NCBI GenBank assembly: GCA_020724585.1 | Contig: DYGS01000001.1 | Location: 136,096-200,095, forward strand | Origin: Candidatus Microgenomatus sp. | Lineage (GTDB): Bacteria; Patescibacteriota; Microgenomatia; UBA8517 | Length of the DNA stretch: 64,000 bases | Direction: 5' to 3' | Position numbers and translations under genes: made by a program | In this document: positions 7,198 to 16,677 of the stretch, piece after piece | How positions within the stretch are numbered: the stretch's first letter is position 1 | Layout: each line of letters starts with the position of its first letter | Notes under the pieces: generated by a model | Database searches by the model: none | What the model was told of the DNA's origin: nothing | Seen by the model: only the letters and a program-made list of their open reading frames with translations

Positions 7198-8862
7198 ATG
7201 TTGCGCTTCATAGCTCTTTCAGGTACCACCGGCGTAACCGAAAACCTCTATCTTTACGAAACCGATAAAGAAATGGTGGTATTGGATTGTGGGATAGGAT
7301 TCCCCGATCTAGAAATGCCTGGAGTTGACCTTGTAATCCCTGATTTCTCATATGTTGTTAAAAATAGCCATAAATTAAGGGGAATAATCTTATCCCAAGG
7401 CCACGAGGATCATATCGGATCGCTACCCTTTTTATTGCGAGATTTATGGTCGAAAAAAAATAAAACACAAATCTGGGGTGCCGCTTTGGTTCGTGAATTT
7501 TTGGAATATAAATTCAAAGATTATGCTATACCTCGGGATAGCTATAAAATAAATGTTTTTAACCCCGAAAAGGACAGTTTTTTTGTGGGCCAGTTTAAGG
7601 TTTCACCTTTTAGGGTTACGCATTCCGTTCCCGACACTGTTGGTTTTCTGATTGAGGCGGAAGGTAAGAGAATAATGCATGTGCCTGAGCATAAAATGGA
7701 TCAAGAGTCAGTTGATGGCATGTCTTTTGATATTTCCCGCGCCAAAGCTTTAGCACAAGATGGAGTGCTAGCTTTAATGCTTGATTGTCTTGGAGCAAAT
7801 CAATCCGGTTTCACCCCAAGCGGCGTTCCTATAGAAGAAAATCTGTTTAAAATTTCAAGAAATGCTAAAGGAGCTATTTTTATGTCAGCGATGTCCTCGT
7901 CAATCGGCAGATTCCAGCAAATGATAAATGTTGCCAATCGTTTGGGTAGAAAAGTTGTATTTGTAGGAAGGTCTATAATCGAAAAAGCGAAAAGTGCGCA
8001 CAAACTTGGCTATCTAAAATATCTTGACGATAATATTGTTGAATTAAGAAATGTGGGGAAATACTCTAGGGAAAAACTTGTATATATAATTGCTGGTTGT
8101 TATGGCCAGATAGGGAGCTCTGTTTACAGAGTTTCATTAAACGAAGAGGATAGGGTAAAAGTGAAAAATGGTGATGTATTTATTTTTTCTGCAAATCCTG
8201 CACCTCCATATTCAAAGGAAAGTCAGGATTTTGTGATCGACGAATTGATTGATAAGGGGGTTGATGTTCATTATTACGATCTCCATGAAAACCTGCATGT
8301 CTCCGGTCACGGTTATCAGGAGGATATCAAAGCTTTAATTAATATCGCCAAGCCCAAATATTTAGTGCCCACAGGTGGAACGATCAGACACATGAGTGCT
8401 TTTGAAAAATTAGTCGTTTCTATGGGGAAACCCTCAAAAAGCGTTTTTAAATTAAAACCAGGAGATTCTATAGAATTTAAGGACGGCTATGCTGTTTTGG
8501 GCAAGAAAATAAAGGTTAAAGAAGTGATGGTTCACGGATTGGGGATCGGAGATATCGGAAAGACGGTTTTAAAACACAGAACTCTTTTGGGAAAACAAGG
8601 AGTTGTTGTTATTGCAATCAAAGCTGACAAAAAAGGAAAAATTTTAGGATTTCCTGAAATAGTTTCTCGCGGATTTGTTTTTGAGGGAATCTCAAGCGGA
8701 CTATTAAATGATTCGGTTCAGAGGCTCTTGAAGCATTTAAGATACAAAAACGGCATGAATGCAAAAGCGATCAAAGAAGAAACTGTAAAGTTTTTGGAAA
8801 ACCACTTTTACCAAGTGACTGCTCGAAGCCCAATGATTATACCTGTTGTAGTTGAAGTATAG
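7198..8862 (+). CDS. rnj: Ribonuclease J (MBL/beta-CASP), divergent active site
   Basis: DCG..FP....PGVDLVIPDF, GHEDHIG, HSVPD, HVSGH, SRGFV and R.PMIIPVV.EV motifs. Confidence 0.93.
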   Translation: MLRFIALSGTTGVTENLYLYETDKEMVVLDCGIGFPDLEMPGVDLVIPDFSYVVKNSHKLRGIILSQGHEDHIGSLPFLLRDLWSKKNKTQIWGAALVREFLEYKFKDYAIPRDSYKINVFNPEKDSFFVGQFKVSPFRVTHSVPDTVGFLIEAEGKRIMHVPEHKMDQESVDGMSFDISRAKALAQDGVLALMLDCLGANQSGFTPSGVPIEENLFKISRNAKGAIFMSAMSSSIGRFQQMINVANRLGRKVVFVGRSIIEKAKSAHKLGYLKYLDDNIVELRNVGKYSREKLVYIIAGCYGQIGSSVYRVSLNEEDRVKVKNGDVFIFSANPAPPYSKESQDFVIDELIDKGVDVHYYDLHENLHVSGHGYQEDIKALINIAKPKYLVPTGGTIRHMSAFEKLVVSMGKPSKSVFKLKPGDSIEFKDGYAVLGKKIKVKEVMVHGLGIGDIGKTVLKHRTLLGKQGVVVIAIKADKKGKILGFPEIVSRGFVFEGISSGLLNDSVQRLLKHLRYKNGMNAKAIKEETVKFLENHFYQVTARSPMIIPVVVEV

Positions 8863-8888
8863 TATTATTTTGTTATAATATCGTTTAT

Positions 8889-9092
8889 ATGATTGAAATG
8901 AATAGAATGGCAATTGTATTTGACCCAAAGAGCGTTTTAGGTCCAACAAAACGAGTTGATGTTGTAGGTTCTCTAAAAATTGTTGCACTTAAGAGTAGTG
9001 ACCAACCCTCAACGGTAGTAAAAGAAGAGTATCTAAAAGAAAAAGGGGTAATAGTTTTGATAAGGTATCCATTTCCTCCGTCTGCAAGCTAA
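8889..9092 (+). CDS. Hypothetical protein (67 aa)
   Basis: ORF fills the rnj-ftsK gap and is preceded by TGnTATAAT (8871-8879). Confidence 0.5.
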   Translation: MIEMNRMAIVFDPKSVLGPTKRVDVVGSLKIVALKSSDQPSTVVKEEYLKEKGVIVLIRYPFPPSAS

Positions 9093-9136
9093 TTACTGGC
9101 TTCGCAACTTCAAGTTTGATATTATGTATATTGCGT

Positions 9137-11236
9137 ATGGCAAAAAAACATAAAAGAAAAGCTGATAAGCGGTCCTTTAAGTTAAAATTAAAACCGCAAA
9201 CTTATGCTTCTATTGCTCAAATTTTTTTTCTAGCGCTAGCGGGTCTTATAATCATATCCTTTTCAAGGAGGGGGCTGCTGCTTTATCGTTTCAACGATAT
9301 AGTCATGTCTATTTTTGGCTGGGCCTCAATTTTTTTGCCTTTTCTGTGTCTTTCGTTTTCATTTGTGATTGGAAGAATTAAACTTCCATTGTCTCAGCCT
9401 AATGTAATTGTGGGATCGCTTCTTCTTTTTTTATCGATTTCGGCTATGGGTAAATCGGGACAGATGGGAATTATAATCTGGGATAGTATTTCGACTTTAG
9501 TTACTCCAGCTGGTGCGATAATTGTCTTTTTTGGATTGGTCTTAACAGGACTCGTCGTACTTTTTAACACATCATTTGATCAATTGTTTAAACTTCTTAA
9601 ATCTATTTGGTCAATTGTCTCTTTTTATGTTTTTGGTCAGAAAGCTGTAGAGAGAGATAAAATTTTGCCGCGAAAAGACTTTAAAATTTCAGGAGCAACC
9701 GCAACTGTTTCCGAAACTAAGCCTGTACAAACTATATTAAATAAAGAACCAGATAACAAAAAAGACTTGGAAGAAAAACTGGTGAGCAATATAAAAGGAG
9801 ACGAAACAATTTGGAAGTACCCGTCTATAGATTTGTTTTCAAGCGATTCAATTGGAAGGGTTGATAGAGGCGATATTAACGGTAATGCAGATATTATTGA
9901 AAAAACGCTTGAATCTTTTGGAATAACTGCAAAAGTAGTCGAAGTTAATTTGGGCCCCGCGGTTACTCAGTATGCAATCGAAGTGGCGTTGGGAACAAAA
10001 CTTAGCAAGATTACGGCTCTGGAGAGGGATTTGGCGCTAGCTCTTTCCGCACCTACGGGGGCCATAAGAATTGAGGCGCCGATTCCGGGTAGAAATTTGG
10101 TTGGTATTGAGCTTCCTAACAAATCTCCAGAATTTGTACCAATAAAGAGGATTTTAGAATCAGACGAAATGGCTTCAAATAAGTCAAAACTTGCAATTGC
10201 TCTAGGTCTTGATGTTTCTGGAAAGCCCGTTGTTACTGATATTTCCAGAATGCCGCATGTCTTGGTTGCGGGGCAGACCGGGTCGGGTAAATCAGTTGCG
10301 ATTAACACTTTTTTGGCATCAATGCTTTTTAGAAACAGTCCTTCTGAGGTAAAGTTTATAATGGTTGATCCAAAAAGAGTCGAGCTAACTGGTTACAACG
10401 ATATTCCCCATCTTTTATCCCCTGTAATAGTTGATGCTGATAAAGTTATATCGGCGCTCAAATGGCTGACTAATGAAATGGACAGACGATACAAAAAATT
10501 TGCTGAGGTTGGAGCAAGAAATATTGATGCATATAACGAAATGAGCGGATTTCAAGCACTTCCCTACATAGTTTTAATAATCGATGAGTTGGCAGACATC
10601 ATGCTTTTATCTCCAGTTGAGGTTGAAGACGCAATTACAAGAATTGCCCAAATGAGCCGAGCGGTAGGAATACATATGGTTCTTGCAACCCAGCGGCCTT
10701 CGGTAAATGTTATTACGGGTTTAATTAAAGCAAATATTCCAACAAGAATCGCTTTTGCGGTTTCCTCCCAAGTTGACAGCCGTGTAATCTTAGACACCCA
10801 AGGAGCAGAAAAACTTTTAGGTAAAGGAGACATGTTGTATCTTCCGCCTGATCAGGCAAAGCCATCAAGAATTCAAGGAGCTTTTGTGAGCGATTCTGAA
10901 ATTAGAAATTTAGTTGGGTTTATAAAAAATCAAGGTGTGCCCGTTCAATATACCGAAGAGGTGACAACAATGACAAAATCAGGAAAACTGCCTGTACCGG
11001 GAGTTGGAGGAGATACCGACGATTTTTTCACCGAAGCAGTTAAAGTTGTTTGTCAATATGACAGAGCTTCGGCTTCACTGTTGCAGAGAAGACTTGCAAT
11101 TGGCTATGCTAGGGCGGCAAGAGTGATTGATCAACTAGAAAGTGCGGGAGTAATTGGCCCAAGTGATGGCTCAAGTAAAGCACGCGAGGTTTTAATTAAA
11201 AATGCAGACGAATTTCTATCCCGTCTTCAAAGTTAG
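9137..11236 (+). CDS. ftsK: DNA translocase FtsK/SpoIIIE
   Basis: N-terminal TM helices, GQTGSGKS Walker A, IIDELAD, ATQRPS, gamma domain SLLQRRLAIGYARAAR. Confidence 0.97.
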   Translation: MAKKHKRKADKRSFKLKLKPQTYASIAQIFFLALAGLIIISFSRRGLLLYRFNDIVMSIFGWASIFLPFLCLSFSFVIGRIKLPLSQPNVIVGSLLLFLSISAMGKSGQMGIIIWDSISTLVTPAGAIIVFFGLVLTGLVVLFNTSFDQLFKLLKSIWSIVSFYVFGQKAVERDKILPRKDFKISGATATVSETKPVQTILNKEPDNKKDLEEKLVSNIKGDETIWKYPSIDLFSSDSIGRVDRGDINGNADIIEKTLESFGITAKVVEVNLGPAVTQYAIEVALGTKLSKITALERDLALALSAPTGAIRIEAPIPGRNLVGIELPNKSPEFVPIKRILESDEMASNKSKLAIALGLDVSGKPVVTDISRMPHVLVAGQTGSGKSVAINTFLASMLFRNSPSEVKFIMVDPKRVELTGYNDIPHLLSPVIVDADKVISALKWLTNEMDRRYKKFAEVGARNIDAYNEMSGFQALPYIVLIIDELADIMLLSPVEVEDAITRIAQMSRAVGIHMVLATQRPSVNVITGLIKANIPTRIAFAVSSQVDSRVILDTQGAEKLLGKGDMLYLPPDQAKPSRIQGAFVSDSEIRNLVGFIKNQGVPVQYTEEVTTMTKSGKLPVPGVGGDTDDFFTEAVKVVCQYDRASASLLQRRLAIGYARAARVIDQLESAGVIGPSDGSSKAREVLIKNADEFLSRLQS

Positions 11237-11249
11237 CTAAATTAATACT

Positions 11250-11876
11250 ATGCAGACAGTAGGAGAATATCTTAAAAATGCCCGTGTGAGTAGAGGGATT
11301 TCTTTAAAAAAACTTGAAAAAATTACTAAAATTAAGGCAAGTTTTATTTCCCTAATTGAAAAAAACGATTGGAATAACCTGCCAAGTTATGCCGTAACTT
11401 CGGGATTTATTAAAAATATAAGTCTGGCATTGAAAATCTCACAAAACACAACTTCAGCGATGTTTCGGCGCGACTATCCAATTAAAAAAGAAATAAGCGC
11501 ACCCAAACAGGAAATTAATAGTAAGTTTAGCTGGTCTCCAAAGATAACATTTATTCTTGCCGTATCTCTGGTAACAATATTTGTTATTGGCTACTTGGTT
11601 TTTGAGTACATCAAATTTATAAGTCCTCCCGATATTAAAATTACAAAACCTCTAGACGGAGAAGTGGTTTTGTCGGATAGAGTTAAAGTTTCAGGTTCAA
11701 CCAAGACGGATGTAGTTTTAACCATAAACAACCAACCGGTAATTTTAGACATAAATGGCAACTTTGAGACGGAGATTGAAGTTAACAAAGACACAAAAGA
11801 ATTAAAATTTGAGGCAGTTTCAAGGTCTGGTAAAAAAGCCTACAAAACTGTTAGAATTACTGTCGATACAGAATAA
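11250..11876 (+). CDS. RodZ-like HTH membrane protein with C-terminal Ig-like domain
   Basis: N-terminal Xre/HTH_25-like region (TVGEYLKNAR...IEKNDWNNLP), one TM helix, beta-rich C-terminus; follows ftsK. Confidence 0.75.
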   Translation: MQTVGEYLKNARVSRGISLKKLEKITKIKASFISLIEKNDWNNLPSYAVTSGFIKNISLALKISQNTTSAMFRRDYPIKKEISAPKQEINSKFSWSPKITFILAVSLVTIFVIGYLVFEYIKFISPPDIKITKPLDGEVVLSDRVKVSGSTKTDVVLTINNQPVILDINGNFETEIEVNKDTKELKFEAVSRSGKKAYKTVRITVDTE

Positions 11877-11881
11877 TTTAT

Positions 11882-12115
11882 ATGGATATTCAAAGATTGT
11901 TAATAGTGGTTGTTATAAGTTTAACTGCTCTTTTGGTTGTGGTTGGGGTTCAAGTTGTGTTTATCATTTTGGACCTTAGAAAGGCAATAAAAAGATTAAA
12001 CTCAATTTTAGAAGATGCAATTTTAGGAGGAGGGCTTATTAGACCTGAAAAACTAACAGGCATAATGGAACTATTTGGAAAAAATAAAACAACAACAACC
12101 CACGGACAAGAATAA
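11882..12115 (+). CDS. Hypothetical membrane protein
   Basis: N-terminal TM helix followed by a coiled segment; operonic position. Confidence 0.7.
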   Translation: MDIQRLLIVVVISLTALLVVVGVQVVFIILDLRKAIKRLNSILEDAILGGGLIRPEKLTGIMELFGKNKTTTTHGQE

Positions 12116-12116
12116 A

Positions 12117-12371
12117 TTAGTGTTTGTATGCATTTTGTCTGTGTTGGATTTTGTTTACTAAAATAATTAATTCTTTTTTCTTAAATTCATAAATAATTCT
12201 ATATGGCCATGCTCGAATGGTATAACTTCCGATTAGTTTTCCTGTAAGCGGTTTTCCTGAAAGGGGGTTTGATTCAATTGATTTTAATTTTTTAATAACC
12301 TTTTTTTGCTCTGATTTTGGAAGTTTAGAAAATTCTTTCTCTGAATCTTTTGTAAGTACTAATTGAGACAT
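12117..12371 (-). CDS. Type II TA toxin, RelE/ParE family
   Basis: NPLSGKPLTGKL..Y.IRAWPYRIIY...IQHRQNAY; 84 aa; coupled to the antitoxin. Confidence 0.9.
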   Translation of the reverse strand: MSQLVLTKDSEKEFSKLPKSEQKKVIKKLKSIESNPLSGKPLTGKLIGSYTIRAWPYRIIYEFKKKELIILVNKIQHRQNAYKH

Positions 12372-12652
12372 TAATTAATGTTATACTTCTTGGTAAGGTT
12401 ATCAAGAGTTATGAAATTGCCTTTTTTGTAGTCTATTTGGGATTTTTTAATATCCCTCATGAGTTTTTTGTCACTTAATATTTCAAGTGTTTCCTCCCAG
12501 GCTTCAACATCTTCGATAGGCATAACAACCGCCCTAGTTTTACCCCTGTGTGTAATTATAAAACGGCGTAAATTATCTCCAACTTCTTCAAGAATTTGGT
12601 AAAAATTAGCACGAGCAATATTTGCAGGTAATGTTCCTGATAATACATTCAT
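12371..12652 (-). CDS. Type II TA antitoxin, Phd/YefM family
   Basis: ARANFYQILEEV...IITHRGK..AVVMPIED.EAWEETLEIL signature. Confidence 0.9.
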   Translation of the reverse strand: MNVLSGTLPANIARANFYQILEEVGDNLRRFIITHRGKTRAVVMPIEDVEAWEETLEILSDKKLMRDIKKSQIDYKKGNFITLDNLTKKYNIN

Positions 12653-12656
12653 AACT

Positions 12657-12687
12657 TAATAGTACTATTAGTTGTACCATTTGTCAA
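12657..12687 (-). promoter_or_regulatory. TA promoter with palindromic operator
   Basis: TTGACA-17 nt-TACTAT; perfect palindrome TAATAGTACTATTA (12657-12670) covers the -10. Confidence 0.8.
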
Positions 12688-12702
12688 GCATGAGAAGATT
12701 AT

Positions 12703-12909
12703 CTAGTGTTGTTCGATTACTAAAGATTTTAAATCTTCCTTTAAACTGCCCTGCATGCCGATTGTTGCTTTTAGTTCCTCAAGAGTGATTTTGTCACTAT
12801 TATAATCATTCAGAGCTCGAGCAATTTTCGAGTGTAGGTCGCCTCGCCAGTCTTCCAAAGGCTGCTTGCCTTCCATGGAACTTTTCTTACTCCTCTCAAA
12901 GAATGTCAT
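12703..12909 (-). CDS. Hypothetical protein (68 aa)
   Basis: ORF between the TA module and alaS; TATAAT upstream on the minus strand. Confidence 0.55.
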   Translation of the reverse strand: MTFFERSKKSSMEGKQPLEDWRGDLHSKIARALNDYNSDKITLEELKATIGMQGSLKEDLKSLVIEQH

Positions 12910-12974
12910 TGATATGTAGCAATTATATATCTTTACACTTCAAATTCCAAACTTTGGCCTGTATAATTAGCTTC

Positions 12975-14687
12975 ATGATGAGAAGTAATGATGTTAGAGA
13001 AAAGTATTTAAAATTTTTTGAAAAAAGAGGGCACAAAATAATTTCTCCTGCACCACTTGTATTAGAAACTGATCCAACAACACTTTTTACAAGTTCTGGT
13101 ATGCAACCACTCGTTCCTTATTTAATGGGAGAAAAACATCCAGAAGGAGTAAGGCTTGTTGATAGCCAACCGTCTATAAGACTTCAAGATATTGAAGAAG
13201 TTGGAGATAACAGACATACAACTTTTTTTGAAATGTTAGGCAATTGGAGTTTGGGAGATTATTTTAAAAAAGACCAACTTCCGTGGATCTGGGAATTTTT
13301 AACCAAAGAATTAAACTTACCAAAAGAAAAATTATATGTGTCAATTTTTGAGGGAAACGAACTTGTTCCTAAAGATTTGGAATCGAAAGAAATTTGGTTG
13401 TCACTTGGGGTTAGCGAATCTCACATTTTTGAATATGGAGTTAAAAAGAATTGGTGGAGTAGAAGTGGAACTCCTGATCAAATGCCTGTGGGTGAAATTG
13501 GAGGACCAGATAGCGAAATCTTTTACGAGTTCACCTCGGTTGAACATCAACATGAGTTTGGCTCAAAATGTCATCCAAATTGTGATTGTGGAAGATTTTT
13601 AGAAATTGGCAATTCAGTTTTTATACAGTATAAAAAAACAGACAAGGGTTTAGAAGAGTTACCTCAAAAAAATGTAGATTTTGGCGGTGGTTTAGAACGC
13701 ATAACTGCAGCTATTAATAATGATCCTGATATTTTTAAAACTGATATTTACTGGCCATCTATCCAAAAGTTAGAAGAGTTAACTGGTAAAAAATATAAGG
13801 ATAATATGGCAAGTTTCAGAATTTTTGCAGATCACTTAAGAGCATCATTGGCATTAGTTAATGCTGGTGTTATTCCTGGTAATAAAATGCAAGGTTATAT
13901 CTTAAGAAGATTAATTAGAAGAATGACAACTAAATTTCCCGAAATAGATAAAATTATTGACAACACTGTTATTGGTGACGAGATTAAAAAATTTAAAATT
14001 ACATTAAATAAGGGACTAAAGGAAATTGGTAAAATTGACAAAATTACGGGCAAGATAGCCTTTGATCTTTACCAATCTTATGGTTTCCCACTTGAGCTTA
14101 CAGTTGAACTTTTTAAAGAAAAGGGACAAGAAGTTGATTTAGAAGAATTTAGAAAAGAATTTGAAGTACACAAAGACAAATCTAAGTCACTTTCTGCGGG
14201 AGTTTTTAAGGGGGGCCTTGCTGATCATTCACCAGGTGTCGTCAAACTTCACACGGCAACACATCTTTTATTGGCATCTCTAAGGAAAGTTTTGGGAGAC
14301 AATGTTGTCCAAATGGGGCAAAACATAACTAAAGAGAGGTCAAGATTTGATTTCCCTAATTCTAGAAAACTAACGGTTGAGGAGCTGACAAAAGTTGAGG
14401 ACATGATAAATAATGTCATTAAAAGAGATTTGCCCGTAAATTTTGCCGTAATGCCAAAAGAAGAAGCTTTAAAAACTGGGGCAATTCATGCCTTTAACGA
14501 AAAGTATGCGGATACAGTTAAAGTTTATTATGTTGGCAGTGACCTAGAATCGGCTTTTTCAAAGGAGTTTTGCGGGGGGCCTCATGTTGCAAAAACTTCC
14601 GAGATCGGACATGTTACAATAAATAAACAGGAGAAAATCGGCTCCGGTTTACTAAGAGTATATGTTGTCATATCCAATCAGAAATAA
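12975..14687 (+). CDS. alaS: Alanine--tRNA ligase, short form (no C-Ala domain)
   Basis: LFTSSGMQP, HTTFFEMLGNWS, DFGGGLER; editing motifs HTATH and CGGPH; start at ATG 12975. Confidence 0.97.
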   Translation: MMRSNDVREKYLKFFEKRGHKIISPAPLVLETDPTTLFTSSGMQPLVPYLMGEKHPEGVRLVDSQPSIRLQDIEEVGDNRHTTFFEMLGNWSLGDYFKKDQLPWIWEFLTKELNLPKEKLYVSIFEGNELVPKDLESKEIWLSLGVSESHIFEYGVKKNWWSRSGTPDQMPVGEIGGPDSEIFYEFTSVEHQHEFGSKCHPNCDCGRFLEIGNSVFIQYKKTDKGLEELPQKNVDFGGGLERITAAINNDPDIFKTDIYWPSIQKLEELTGKKYKDNMASFRIFADHLRASLALVNAGVIPGNKMQGYILRRLIRRMTTKFPEIDKIIDNTVIGDEIKKFKITLNKGLKEIGKIDKITGKIAFDLYQSYGFPLELTVELFKEKGQEVDLEEFRKEFEVHKDKSKSLSAGVFKGGLADHSPGVVKLHTATHLLLASLRKVLGDNVVQMGQNITKERSRFDFPNSRKLTVEELTKVEDMINNVIKRDLPVNFAVMPKEEALKTGAIHAFNEKYADTVKVYYVGSDLESAFSKEFCGGPHVAKTSEIGHVTINKQEKIGSGLLRVYVVISNQK

Positions 14688-16677
14688 TAAGGAAGATGAA
14701 GCCTACTGGGCGATTATTTTGGAGGATAATTGGGTATCTTCTGCCGTTTGGGTTATTAAGGATGGTAACGCCCAGATCATTTTTCAGGGAGAAGGAATAA
14801 GATATGAAGAAAATTTGACTGAAGCAGTTGATACATCGCTTTCAACGGTTGCTCAAAATTTGCCTGAGGATATCAAAGAACCTTCAAAAACTGTTTTTGG
14901 TCTTCCTTCAAATTGGGTTAGCGAAGGTAATATAAAAGAAGAGAAACTTGCGGTTTTGAAGAAGATTTGTGAAGATTTATCCTTAGCACCATCAGGATTT
15001 GTGGTTTTATCTGAAGCAATCGCCCATTTTATCAAATCCGAAGAGGGATCTGACTTTTCAGGAATTGTTGTGGGTGTTAATGATTCAGAACTTGATGTAT
15101 CAATTTTTAATTTGGGGAAACTCATTGGTACCACTTTGGTTGCAAGAAGTGTTGTGCCATCGGATGATTTAATTGAAGGTTTAAGCAGACTTTCATCGCT
15201 TATAAATTTATATCCATCCAGGATCGTGATTTTTAATCAAAAACAAGATGAGCTCGCCTCCATAAAACAAAGTTTTGAAGATGTTAGTTGGGGCAAGGTG
15301 GGGGAGGCAAGTTTTGCACATCCTCCAGTGATTGAAATTTTTGATCCTTATAAAAAACTTGCCGCAGTTTGTCTTGCTGGCGGAGCGGAATTGGGTGCGG
15401 TAGGTGCTGACATTGTCAAAACTGACGATTTGATTGTAAATATTGAGGAGCCAGCAGGCGTAACTCCAGAAGATTTAGGTTTTAAAGTGGAGCCAACCGA
15501 ACAAAGCGAAAAGCCGAGTTTAAAGATTCCTCAAGTTCCAAGTTTACCCAAAATAAATTTTAATTTGAACCTAGCGTTTTTGAGATCGCAAAGAAGTTTA
15601 GTTGTAATTTTAGCTTCAATTGCCACATTTATAGTCTCTGGTTTTTCTGTCTGGTGGTTTTTGCCTAAAGCTGATGTTGTTGTTTTTGTGTCCCCTAAAA
15701 AAATAGAAGAAAGTTTTGAAATGGATATCGAAAATAATCTTGATCTAAAAGAGGTTGGTGCAGAGCAAGCAGGAGAAAAGACAAAACAAACAACCGGAAC
15801 TAAAACAGTTGGAGATAAAGCAAAAGGTTCTGTCAAAATCCAAAATGGTACAGCTTTTCCAATAAATTTACCTGCAGGGACACAACTTGTGTCGACATCA
15901 GATTTAAAGTTCCAAACTACTAAACAGGCTTCAGTTTCCGGTGCTATCTCGCCAAGCAATCCTGGGACTGCAACCATTGATCTGGAAGCTGTAAATATTG
16001 GTTCAGAATATAATTTATCAAAAGATGAAGTTTTTAAAGTTGGAAATTATCCAAAAGCTGAAGTTGATGCAGTCGCCGTTGATAATTTTAGTGGCGGATC
16101 GAGTAGGCAAATCCCTGCAGTTTCAAAAGATGACATAGACACTCTTTTTGACGAACTTAAAGAGGAACTCTTGGAAAAGGCTAAGGCCGATTTATTGAGA
16201 GAAATCTCAAGCGATGAAGTGTTAATTGAAGATTCTTTAGAAGAAAGCGTGGTAGAAGATGACTACAGTAATAAACTTGGAGATGAAGCGACTTCCATTA
16301 AACTTTCTTTGAAAATTAAAGTGGTCGCTAAAGTTGCAAAAAAGGGGGAGCTTACAAAACTTGCAAGAGAAAAACTTGAAGGGAGTGTGCCGTCGGGATT
16401 TGTCCTAAAAGATGACCAGATAGAATACAATTTTGATTTAAATGGAGATGGGCAAGATAAACTTAAAGTATCAGCCAATCTTATACCTGATATTTCAACT
16501 GAAGAAATTGCTAAAAAAATTTCTGGCAAATATCCAAAAGTTGCGGAAGAATATCTATCAACAATACCTGGATTTGTGAGTGCTGAGTTTAGACTAAGAC
16601 CAAGATTCCCAGAAAAGATTAAGACGCTCCCCCACATTTTAAAAAATATTGATATAGTTATATCTGCCCAAAAATGA
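14662..16677 (+). CDS. Conserved CPR-type membrane protein: putative actin-like/FtsA-like N-terminal region, one TM helix, baseplate-J-like extracellular region
   Basis: TM helix near aa 313-335; KAKGSVKIQN..LPAGT...V.A...G..YN...FSGG pattern resembles baseplate-J-like domains. Fold calls are inference. Confidence 0.6.
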   Translation: MLSYPIRNNKEDEAYWAIILEDNWVSSAVWVIKDGNAQIIFQGEGIRYEENLTEAVDTSLSTVAQNLPEDIKEPSKTVFGLPSNWVSEGNIKEEKLAVLKKICEDLSLAPSGFVVLSEAIAHFIKSEEGSDFSGIVVGVNDSELDVSIFNLGKLIGTTLVARSVVPSDDLIEGLSRLSSLINLYPSRIVIFNQKQDELASIKQSFEDVSWGKVGEASFAHPPVIEIFDPYKKLAAVCLAGGAELGAVGADIVKTDDLIVNIEEPAGVTPEDLGFKVEPTEQSEKPSLKIPQVPSLPKINFNLNLAFLRSQRSLVVILASIATFIVSGFSVWWFLPKADVVVFVSPKKIEESFEMDIENNLDLKEVGAEQAGEKTKQTTGTKTVGDKAKGSVKIQNGTAFPINLPAGTQLVSTSDLKFQTTKQASVSGAISPSNPGTATIDLEAVNIGSEYNLSKDEVFKVGNYPKAEVDAVAVDNFSGGSSRQIPAVSKDDIDTLFDELKEELLEKAKADLLREISSDEVLIEDSLEESVVEDDYSNKLGDEATSIKLSLKIKVVAKVAKKGELTKLAREKLEGSVPSGFVLKDDQIEYNFDLNGDGQDKLKVSANLIPDISTEEIAKKISGKYPKVAEEYLSTIPGFVSAEFRLRPRFPEKIKTLPHILKNIDIVISAQK

